Positions 13,253 to 23,850 of a stretch of 64,000 bases of DNA are shown in pieces. The stretch is from Phoronis australis (taxonomy: Eukaryota > Animalia > Phoronida), in contig NMRA01000110.1 of NCBI GenBank assembly GCA_002633005.1, positions 754,079 to 818,078 of the forward strand. The letters run 5' to 3'. A model generated the notes under the pieces. The model searched no databases. It saw only the letters and a list, made by a program, of their open reading frames with translations, and had not been told where the DNA came from. The first letter of the stretch is position 1, and every line of letters begins with the position of its first letter. A program made the position numbers and the translations under genes.

Positions 13253-13555
13253 TTTTAACCTAATATTTAACTGTCTGTGACAAGTGTGCTCACTTACCAT
13301 GTGATATTTTTGTTTTAACCTAACATTTAACTGTCTGTGACAAGTGTGCTCACTTACCATGTGATATTTTTGTTTTAACCTAACATTTAACTGTCTGTGA
13401 CAAGTGTGCTCACTTACCATGTGATATTTTTGTTTTAACCTAACATTTAACTGTCTGTGACAAGTGTGCTCACTTACCATGGGATATTTTTGTTTTAACC
13501 TAACATTTAACTGTCTGTGACAAGTGTGCTCACTTACCATGTGATATTTTTGTTT
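13253..13555. repeat. 60-bp tandem repeat, 5 near-perfect copies
   Basis: Unit TTTTAACCTAACATTTAACTGTCTGTGACAAGTGTGCTCACTTACCATGTGATATTTTTG. A diverged monomer lies at ~13799-13875. Confidence 0.95.
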
Positions 13556-16037
13556 CAAGGTATTTTTTAACATCGGGGTACGTGCAATATACAGGGGTAA
13601 GTACACTGCTATTCAATGACGTGTCATGTTTGTAACTAAATACAAAGAATCTACTGGGAGTTAGTTAATATTTCAAATCTATTCAAAGAGAAAACCTGTC
13701 ATTCTTTGAAAATAGGTTCAAATCAAAATATAGGGGGCACGCACACTATACAGGTGTTAATATTTCGCTCAAAACAAACGTATTTGCAATAAACACCCTT
13801 TTAACCTAAAATTTTTAAGGAAGGAAACTGTCTGTGGCCTATTTTGCTCACTTAACAAGTAATATTTTAATTTCATGGTATTTGTAAACATGGGGGTACG
13901 TACACTACAAAAGGGAGTTCATCCATTACAACAATGTTTCTGCATCACATGGTAACATAATAATGTATGGCCATTTATTTTTCTTTGATGATAATAAGCA
14001 CCATGTTGCTATTTAAAAGGCAATATTTCATTTACAATCACCATTTGTGTCACTGAATTTCACTTGGGGTACGTGCACTACATTTTGTTATGCTTTTGGC
14101 CCTTTTTCAACATAGCAGAACACAGTCAATATTCAAACGTTTGGTTTGTTAAGATATTGAATAAATTGCTGTGTTGCCTACTGTAGGATAACATATTCTG
14201 GAGTTCTTTTTATTACAGAGTATGAACTTTACTTTTTAACCTTCTTTATAGTAGTTGAGGGTTAGACACACGGAATTTACAAATTTTGTAACGAGTTGAC
14301 TTTGTGTTTTAGGATGAACCCTACGATTTCACAATAATTAAGCACAACTTCATCTGAGTGGTTCTGAAAGTGTCTCAAGTTACATATCAACGGAATTGCT
14401 TACTTTATAAAACATATTTCTTTTCTACTGTTGACAGTTGAAAATTGGAATTTTTAAAATGGCCACTCGTAACGCTAAAAATGCATGAAATTCGTAGACA
14501 AAAACATGCATAAATTTCTCAAACGCTATCTGATTTTGATGAAACTTTTTTTATTCGCAAAACTGAATCACCTTTCCATATGAGATTCAGTTGACATTTG
14601 GTAAGTGACCAAAAAAAATATTTTAGCCCGAAACGCAGCCGACTGCGGAATATGGACCTTGATAAGGATTTACACGCGGTACTGCCTACAGACACAAAGT
14701 TTTACCCTACATTCTTTCATAGTGCTACGAAAAGTACTTTTCATTATAGGTGGCGGAGGGTAAGTTGTACACAAGAAATCTCTCGGTTTGTGAGGGCAGT
14801 TCTTTATTCTCGTCTGTGGTAACGGATAATTCATTGTAGGTTTGAAATAGAAATTGAATCATAAATCTTTTGACAAACCGAGGTTTGCATTGTGGCATTG
14901 TTACCCACGGGCGCCTAAAAGCCTTGCTAAGCGGCCAGGGCACATAAAAGTGATGAAAAAATAAAAGTGATGAAGATGACCAATAATTCGATAATTATTA
15001 TCATCGTTGTCTGTCAAGTTCAAGATTTTTTACGTTTGCCTGTGTCTTGACGACATTGAGCCCTACATGTATCTGTTTTAGCTCATGTTGAAAATGGCAA
15101 TATAAGCATTGAAAGTAATCTTTCGTAAATTTGAGAACATGAACTTTATCATAAAACCACTGTTTCACATGTGCTGTTGTATGTAATTTGTGGTTAATTT
15201 CCTGTTCTCTCATGGATTTTGACATTATTCTCTTGTTGATATTGTATTTTGTCTCTTCCGTTATGTCCCCGAGACTTTTTCGGCTGAGGCATTGTCGCCG
15301 GGGCAGATTGGCGGCCCAGCACCAGTACAGTGGCACCTAAGAGTGGGAAGGCGACCAGTCAGGGGAAGTGAACAGTAATTATTGGTGACTGCATGCAGAA
15401 AGGGGGGGGGGTGACCAACAGACTCGTTAGGGAAGCATGTGAAACTGTTGGTGACTGCGAAACAAGGATCAAAGAACACCGTTTCCATTCGTACCAGTCG
15501 ACAGTATGTACGCCTGTGGAGGATGGCACGGCGTTTATTTTGTACATGATCACTTCAATGTATTATCTTACTTAGATGCGGCCAGATTACTTCCCAAGCA
15601 GGTTTTTGACGGAAAACATGACTTAATACTATTTGTAATTTTGGCCATCAAAAACAATACTGAGAAGCCATTCCATCTTTTATAAAGTTTTAATAATTAG
15701 CCTCCTTTCTTGAGCTAACTCGGGAACTGACGAAACGGTCTTGCCGCCTAAGACTACCTGCTAAGACGTACATAGCGCCCGTCAGAGGGCATTACCTGAC
15801 CGCATTGCAGTAACCCGGGGAGCTTGATTTCTGAAGAGATGTATATAACCGTTAGTTTCTGAATTTGACTGCGGCTATTTGCGTTAGAAACCTAGGTAGC
15901 AAGAGGGTAAGCGCGTATTTCTGCTGTGGTTATAGTTGCAGTGGCGGATCTAGGATACCATGAGGGGGGTCCTACCTCCCCCCCTAAATCCGCCTATGAT
16001 TTGGTCCAATCAATCTCGCCTACCTTGCACGGTTGCG

Positions 16038-16065
16038 ACCAGTGAGTTATAAATAACTCACTGGT
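16038..16065 (+). promoter_or_regulatory. Perfect 13-bp-arm palindrome containing TATAAATA, candidate promoter element of the TRIM-NHL gene
   Basis: ACCAGTGAGTTAT-AA-ATAACTCACTGGT, with CCAAT at ~16006 and a splice donor CA|GTAAGT at 16238 that could close a non-coding first exon. Confidence 0.35.
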
Positions 16066-16343
16066 ATTTTCTTTGATGACCCATTTGGAAAATAGCCAGG
16101 GCAATAATAGTCATTGCCATAAATAAACGCGCGTGACGCTGTCAGCGTAGACAACAATGTAGTCATCTCGCAGCAGTCGGTCGTGTCGATCGAGCTCTGT
16201 TCAGCTTTAGGCAGGAAACTACAGTGGTTCTGTTTCAGTAAGTTTTATCTGAAATGGAAGTTTGTGAAGATTAGTGAGTCTATATACTAAGCATGTTATC
16301 ATCCACGATATTTTTAAGCAGCGATGATCTTGTTAGGCCAGAG

Positions 16344-16496
16344 CAGTGCTAGTGGTAAAATTAGAGGTAAGTAGGCGCCCAGAGAACCCCGTATCACCTT
16401 GAGCACTGAACGTAACTTACGGTGAGTAGGCGCTACGTTCAAATGCCAAAAGGTGGTTGGCTGCGCCTATGTGCGCCTACGCCCACTACAACACTG
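16344..16496. mobile_element. 153-bp hAT-like MITE
   Basis: Imperfect TIRs CAGTGCTAGTGG / CCACTACAACACTG and a perfect 8-bp TSD GGCCAGAG on both sides. Confidence 0.85.
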
Positions 16497-18144
16497 GGCC
16501 AGAGAGCTCTACTTTGAAATCAACTTACCGGTACTAGACCACCTGTGGACTAGACGAGCGTTGTAGACGAACGCGCAGATGGCGTAGATAAGTCATGTAA
16601 ACAAAACTTTCTGCACATAGCCCTTCTACCTCGTCTGTACATATTACTTTCTTATTTTGTATCGGTCACTAGCACTTGTGCTACTGTTTTGCTGTTAACC
16701 TGTTCGATACCCATGTAAAATAAACATTTACTTACTCCGCACTACTTACTTACTAGAAATAGAATGTTACCGTTGTCCCTGGCCTTGGTGTTGTACTGAA
16801 ATAGAAATGTTAAGTTGTAGAATACTGTCACGTTTTTAGAAATAGAATGTTCCTTTCAGAGTTGCAATGACTTTTGATAAATATGAAGCGAGAGTGGTTT
16901 TCATTTTGCAAATTTCATGTGTTGCACCTTTGTTCATAGGTCATGGTATTTGCAGTTTCCTAGTCAATGACTAGTACTTGTGGTAATGTTGTTTTCTTGT
17001 CCTCTCTTCCCTTACCGATACTGAGTAAACATTTTATTTATTTACTTAGGCTACTTACTGCCTTACTACAAGCTAGCTAACCTTGGTGTAAAACAGCTAG
17101 TTGTCTTGTGTGGCTTGCTGTAAGTTTGCGCCTACTAGGCTAGCCTTAGACAGTACCACCTTCTCGACTGGCCGCACTGAGACGATCGTCATCCCAAAGG
17201 CCCTCCGTTTGCAGCTGGAAGCTTTTTGGCGAATTATGCCTCAAACTGTAAAGGGATACCTTAGGATGCTGTTAATGTCTTTATTTCCTTCCAACTCGGA
17301 CAAATACTCGCGTAATCGAACTGTTTTTGAACAGCCCTTCCTTCGTAGTTGCCCAACTGCTCTCGCCTTAAAATGTGACGTCATCGATATCCCTTGGAAC
17401 GTTTCATATGTACAGTACCTCAGAAGTGGCTGAACGAAGTTACATGCAACTTAAAGATATTACGTGTTATGCACTGTTTTTCAAAATACTGTTAGGTATT
17501 GATTTAAAATGTTTTACTTTTGCACCAGGGACTTTCAAAAAGCAGGACTGATTCTTAGGAAAAAATGAAAGTTGCATAAAATGAAAAGGATACCATAATT
17601 CAGAAAAGAAAAATTATGAAAAGGGTGTTGAGATTTATTTGTAGCATTTATCATTACCATACGGAATTAGATAATGTAATTGTTCTGGCCGTTTTGCTTT
17701 GAATGTACTTTTCTCCTAAATTTTACAATAAAAGCATAATCTCTTGAGCTTGTTAAAAATGGCAGATTGGTATTTAGTCAACTATTAAATTCTATGTAAA
17801 TTCTGCTTTCAGAAAATATATACTTTCACTGAGAGTTAAATTTTATAGTTTTACATATATTTTGCTAAATGTACAGATTTGTCAATAAGGTCTTATGTAA
17901 CCTTAAGGTGGTTGTTGTTGAATGTTAATAAGAACAAATGCAAACAACAGTCAATGTTTTACTCACAGCCGTTGAATTTGCATTAACTTGCCTAGGACTG
18001 TTTTAGTCCCATGTACCACGAAGTGATTGACTTTTGATAATGATAAGCCCCAGTTTAATGTCTATCAGTTATCAAATGTTAGTTCATTGAAAAAACACCG
18101 TATGAAGGTCTTGAGTGATTATGATTATTTTCTGTCTGCAGGAT

Positions 18145-19905
18145 ATGGCGTCAAACGATCCTGTTGCCCAGCTCCGTCGAGTCCTAGAGTGCCCCGTGTG
18201 CTTTGAGCGATCGGGTGACCAGAGGGTTTTGCCATGTCTTCACTCATTTTGCAAAGACTGCTTGAACAGTCACATGACAGAACAGGGGCAAAGCGGTGAA
18301 TTTCCATGTCCGCTGTGCAAAACAAAATTTCCTGTTCCAAGAGAAGGTGCCACTGGATTCCAACATAACTATTTTCATGCGGGTATCTGTGACATTGTTT
18401 TGAATTATGACAGCATGAATAAAATGCATTGTTCAGCTCATGGAGACCGGCTTTTGGAAATGTTTTGTGATCAGTGCAAGGTGGCCATATGTTCACGCTG
18501 CTCAACTTCAAGTCATAAGCGACATGATACGAAAGATTTAGACGTTGCTGCAAAAGACGCCATTGAGGTGATGCGTGATTTGTTGAAACCTTGGCGAGAT
18601 GTTACGCAGCTCTGGGAAATATTGCGCGATAAACGACAACAAGTTGCACAAAGTTATGCCCAACAACAAAAAGCTTGTAAGAGTGAGATAAAACGTTTAT
18701 ACAGTGATTTCCTGGCAGAGATCACTCGTCAAGTCAAGGTTAATGAAGAGAAAGCTATTGCAGAGTTGGAAAAACAAGTAGATGCGGCGAGAAAACAGGC
18801 AGAAGCTGCTTGCGATGAGGCTGAACTGAACAGGGCGAAGTTTGCTAGCGTTTATGATTATGTAAATAATGTTCTTGAGTCATGTCATGACGCTGAGAAA
18901 CTGCAACAATTTAATGAGATTAAGTCTCTTCTTAAAAACTCGAATATTGATCAAATCGAGACGCGGGTTGAAAAATCAGTCTTTGAAATCCAACCTGCGA
19001 CAATTGCAGTTCCAAATGTAGCTGTGAATATTATGAAAAAAATGGAAGACGAAAATATTTCATCCAGTTTTTTTTTTGAAATGTTTGCCTCAGTTGTTTC
19101 AGTTTTCAGTAAATCACCTGTCCACCGTGTGACCCCTCAATTGACTGTTAAAAAACGTGTTCAACTTGAGCGGAGATTTAGCAGTCTGCTTGAGGGGGAG
19201 AGAGGAGGCTGTTGTCGTGGACTGGCAGTGGTTGATGGGGTGGTGGTTGTGACGGACAGTATCAACAAGAATGTCAAGGTGTTTCGTAAAAACAACGTGA
19301 CATTCAAATTAACGTTGAACACCGCCCAGCACCGACTGCAGGACCCTTTTGATGTGACATGTAATAGACTTGGTGAGATCTTCATCACTGACCTTGGTAT
19401 TCAAGGAGTTGTCAAGTATGACGCCAGAGGTCAACAGATGAAGGTCTACCCAGGTGTGTATAAACATAGGGGGTGTATTACGTGTCACACCGACCAGCTG
19501 GTAGTGGCGGATACACAGGGTGGACGGGTGTTGTACACCGACTTTGAATGTAAGGTCCGTCAACAAATAGATGCCCGCTCCCTGGGTCTGAGTGAGTTTT
19601 CACCAGACTGTATATGTGTGGATGAGAACACTGGACATGTGGTGGTGAGCCAGCAGACACATCCTCGTGTGTACGTGATTGACCCCACACAGCCGGCCGT
19701 TATACACACATTATTCAGTGATGCGCTGGGTGGGCCGTGCAGTCTGTGTGTGGATCAGTTCGGCCACATTCTCCTGGCTAACTTATTCGAGTACAGTATA
19801 CATCTGTTGACCCTTGCACTTGCACACGCGATGTCGTCAGGCCTACAGCCCTATGTCCATCAGGCCCAGGGAGGGTGTACGTACTGGAGTTGGGAGGTGA
19901 TGTGA
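18145..19905 (+). CDS. TRIM-NHL family E3 ubiquitin ligase (RING, B-box, coiled coil, NHL-type beta-propeller), single coding exon, last blade frameshifted
   Basis: C3HC4 RING (CPVC..CLHSFCKDC..CPLC), B-box (CSAH..FCDQC..CSRC..H..H), long coiled coil, and NHL repeats (LQDPFDVTCNRLGEIFITD; GPCSLCVDQFGHILLA). A splice acceptor TTTTCTGTCTGCAG lies just before the ATG at 18145. Confidence 0.9.
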   Translation: MASNDPVAQLRRVLECPVCFERSGDQRVLPCLHSFCKDCLNSHMTEQGQSGEFPCPLCKTKFPVPREGATGFQHNYFHAGICDIVLNYDSMNKMHCSAHGDRLLEMFCDQCKVAICSRCSTSSHKRHDTKDLDVAAKDAIEVMRDLLKPWRDVTQLWEILRDKRQQVAQSYAQQQKACKSEIKRLYSDFLAEITRQVKVNEEKAIAELEKQVDAARKQAEAACDEAELNRAKFASVYDYVNNVLESCHDAEKLQQFNEIKSLLKNSNIDQIETRVEKSVFEIQPATIAVPNVAVNIMKKMEDENISSSFFFEMFASVVSVFSKSPVHRVTPQLTVKKRVQLERRFSSLLEGERGGCCRGLAVVDGVVVVTDSINKNVKVFRKNNVTFKLTLNTAQHRLQDPFDVTCNRLGEIFITDLGIQGVVKYDARGQQMKVYPGVYKHRGCITCHTDQLVVADTQGGRVLYTDFECKVRQQIDARSLGLSEFSPDCICVDENTGHVVVSQQTHPRVYVIDPTQPAVIHTLFSDALGGPCSLCVDQFGHILLANLFEYSIHLLTLALAHAMSSGLQPYVHQAQGGCTYWSWEVM

Positions 19906-20388
19906 AGGAGTTTAGTTATCTTGATATCTAATTTAACACACCTGTACCATCACCTGGTTGAGTAAATGTTTGTGATAATGTTTTGTGAAACAACTTTTTG
20001 AAATTCTTCAAGTCTGTGTATAACATTGCGTGCAGACAACAAAGTAATATGGGACGTATTTTGGCTAAAGATTCCAATAAAAGTTTGAAAAAAGTCAGCA
20101 CATTTATATCTGAAGGTCTGTGTATTGGAATGAACGTTGTAGTTATACCCTTAAATTTGTGTGTTTACCTTTTTACAGACCTGTTTGCCTGTGGCTAGTT
20201 GTAGGGATTTTCGAACCTTTTGACTACAAAAAGGTAAACGGGGTTTGTTCAGAGCCTATGCATTGTTTATTCACTCCCCTCCGAGCCCCCCTGGTTGCGC
20301 AGCAATTCGCACCCGAGCTGCCAAATGGAATGTGGTAGAATTTTAGGTGGGCATAGCCCCCTTGCCCCCCACCCCAAATCCGCCACTG

Positions 20389-22260
20389 CTTAGGCCTACC
20401 TGGTCACAGTGCTCGCTCAAACGAGGTTTATTTAGAACTTGGGGTCTTCTGGCGAACTGTGCAAAGTTGTTGGCTTTCAACAGAGATTTGCCCAGACTTT
20501 GCATGAGCGCACCAAGCCTAAAAAAATGGGGGGCTGAAATTTTTGGGAATGTCTACCTTTTACTATAAGATTCACTGGGTATGTTCAGAGCTATGAATTG
20601 CAGACGTTAAATTTTGGTACTTCTTGTCTTCTAGTGGACTATTGTCTCGTTTTCTACTTTTTTCGGAGTTCGTGCTTTTCTGACTGAAGCAAACCTTTTT
20701 CCATTTCTCCAAACAGGGGGCTCCTTCGAGCACATAAGTATGACAAATCCAATACAAAATGTTATAATTTTTTATTCATTAAGCCAAAATGATTCAACCT
20801 TTTACCGTAATAAGTAACTTAAAATGCACAATACTTTACAACATTTAAGCATTACAAACGCTATTCAATAGCACAAGTTTCCATGATATGAAAATTGGAT
20901 ATACATGTATCTATTACCATGGTGACCGAATAGTGTTTCCTTACACCAGAATTTGACAAGCATGATTTTAAAAAATATGAAGTTGCAAGGAGCAAGAATT
21001 GGAGGCTTGAAGCTTCACAATCCAACATAGCTTATTTCTCTAATTAAGATTCTTCATATTGTTGACTTGATAACCTGATTTAAGAAAGCAATAAGTTACA
21101 AAACATGACTTGAAAGCAGTTTAGACTTAAAATGTAGAAGAATGTGATTCATTTTGTGACACTTAATCAAGCCTTGAACAGCAATTTCAAAATTATTTCA
21201 ACTATTTTTTTAGCTTTTTTTAGATCACCTGAATTGGAAATTCACAGAAAAATAATTCGAATGCATCTTATATTTTTTGCACAAAAACACGAAAATTGAA
21301 CAAAGTTCCTTTTTTGTAGCAACGTTTATCAAAATGTATCAACGTTAAATCTTCACAATTACAAATTAACAGGTTGAACATGCCTTCCAGTTCAGAAAAA
21401 GTCGCCATGTTGTCGGTGCCACCAGAAATGAGATTGAGTCCAACGGGAATTGTGAGCACATTTATCACTTAATAAGTAACAACTGCGAGGCTGAAATTTG
21501 GTGAAAACTGTTGAATCGTGCAGAATAGCACGTAAAGATATGTCTCACTAAATTTCACCGTAAATTGTTGGCGAAAACAATTTACACAAAGTTTTAAACT
21601 CGTAACTTATCCCGCTGTCCTCCAATATGGCCGACGCGATCCAAACTAAGTGACCCAAATTTCGCCACAAAAATTGTAATAACTTTACACTGCTTGCCTC
21701 GATTTTGATACTTTTTCGATTTTACTGAGTAGAATGCACTACCTTTCCGATGATAGCAAAGTACTTTTTCAAAACGAAAAAAAAAATTCAAAACGAAAAA
21801 AAATTAAAAACGAAAAAGTGGTTCGACTCATATTGGTTCCTAGGTTCGATCGTCCTACGTAAGGAACTAAACAGCAATGCTATTTTAACACAATAAGTAC
21901 GCGTAACATTCCAAAAGAATTCAACGACCACTAACTACAAACTATAAATACACTACACACACAAACGAATCACAAGATATTACTAATAAAACAAAATAAT
22001 GAAGACTTTTCCAGCAAGCGATAGCACATTCAGTTGCAAGGAAAAAATGGCGGCGTTCAGGTCAAGTTCCTGAACTGACCAGCCGGAAATGTGGTACGGA
22101 AATAACCGATGACTGCCGGTAATTATACGCTCACAGAGAAGGGTCAATATTGTTTAAAAATTGCTTTTGGTAAGAAAGGCGAAAAGAAAATAAGATTTTA
22201 TGTAGTAAGTATTTGCGGATACTGGAACCACATGAGCATTTTTCGACCAGGTCTTTAATA
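20389..22260. repeat. Longer copy of the non-coding interspersed repeat, probably a non-autonomous DNA transposon
   Basis: Inverted homology to 6085-7306, with extra internal segments at ~20760-21010 and ~21050-21440. Confidence 0.85.
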
Positions 22261-23429
22261 AATGTCCACATTCTCAAAAACTCGAGCCTCCATTTTTAGG
22301 CTTGGTGTGCGCATGCTTCTATCACAAGCAGTGTTACAGATACTTAACGGATGTAACAAAAATTGAAAGAGCTCTTAAAAAAGAAAAAGACCAAGGTGAT
22401 AATGGAAATAATGTTGAGCACACTAGAAAATTAAGGAGATTGTCACTGTCAGTTACATGTACATTTAACAGTGCTCAAAGAAATATACCTTATGTCTTGC
22501 CACCACAATGAACCGTTTGCCACAAATCAAATTTCATCACAGGGGAACTTCACAAACAAAAGAAAAGTTGAAAACCTATCCTAGTTCCAAACATTCAATT
22601 GTAAATACGCCTACCTATTCTTAATTTGAAAAGGTGCCATTTATGGTAAATAATCTTTAGTTTAGGTCACAGAACAAAAATTATTTTGCTTGATAAATTT
22701 GTAGTAATAGTAGTCTCAAGCTCAAATGTACTGGGAGTAGTTTTTAACTACATGTGAGTGATCAGCGCAGTGTGACTGCTTTTTATGAGCTTCTAAATCT
22801 ATTTTGAGATCCTTTTAAAATCATAAGCAGTGATTGGAATTTGAGAAATATAAAAATGGAAATATTGCCTGTGTTCTGTAATTTATTTATCTTGAAAATT
22901 CAAATGTTGCGCAGGTTTCAGTATCTCACATTTTGAAGATTCTTGAATTGGAGTTTTTAGCAAAGGAAAATTTTTACTCTTCCAATTATGTGCTATTTGA
23001 AACAGGAAGCGTCAAATGAAATTTAAGCTCTACGGTAAAGACGACGCTTTTCAATTTCAAACTATTGCCAACATGACCATTCCTCTATTTTTCAAAGGCT
23101 GAACTACTGTATTAAGGATGATAAAGATGTTTCTATGTTTTAAGTTGTTTGAAGGCAGCTACACAGTGCAATCAATGCTAGTAATGATGCTCATTTCTCT
23201 TAATGCTTATTTTGCTGAGCACTTAGACAAAATAAAATTTCAGTTGTTGGCCATACTGTGTGCTAAAGTGAAGAGTATTTTGATTATCTATTTAAGTTAA
23301 ATAGGATTACTGTAACAAGGTGTTTAGATGAAACGGTATTCAGATTGCCAAAACTTTTTTATTTTGGGTAGGGTGCAGGCTTGCAGAGATATTTTTTTAA
23401 CTTTGTCTTTGCCATTAAAGTTGAGCTCA

Positions 23430-23850
23430 AAATTTGTGTTTCCTGGTTAACTCATGGAAGGCATGGAACCGTTTGTATGGAAGCTGTACGGCGAGTCATC
23501 AAACAGTTAACAAAGCACGCTACCACATATTCAGGTTGAAATCTGTGATCTGCCTCCTCATCATGATTGTTTGCTGCTACATGCTAAAAGAGCAAACTAC
23601 CAACGTGCCATTCACAAACGAGCCTTGCAACAGCATGTCAGTGCACCATCTCCAGTTGCTAATGGGTGGCTTTTGGAGCGGGGTAATCTGATGCTCCACT
23701 GGATGACTCTACCTTTAGCCCCAGAAAATGCCATAAAAAATGTTAGTGGCAAGTGTAAAAGAAGTGACTGTAGTAAAAACTGTGCTCTTGTTTGGAGTCA
23801 GGCATGCCATGTTCTAAGTTGTGTGACTGTCCAGACTTTGTGAACACGGT
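23430..23850 (+). mobile_element. Degenerate C-terminal fragment of a transposon-associated protein with a CXC-like Cys-rich tail
   Basis: LHAKRANYQRAIHKRALQQ..PSPVANGW....LMLHWMTLPLAP...KCKRSDCSKNC fits a HxxRAxYQ / PxPxxxGW / CxC pattern recalled from animal DNA-transposon-derived ORFs. Frameshifted, superfamily not assigned. Confidence 0.6.

Noticed and set aside
13223-13606. 127-aa repetitive ORF, or a CRISPR-like array
   Set aside because: It is the translation of a 60-bp head-to-tail tandem repeat. There are no unique spacers and no cas genes, and the context is eukaryotic.
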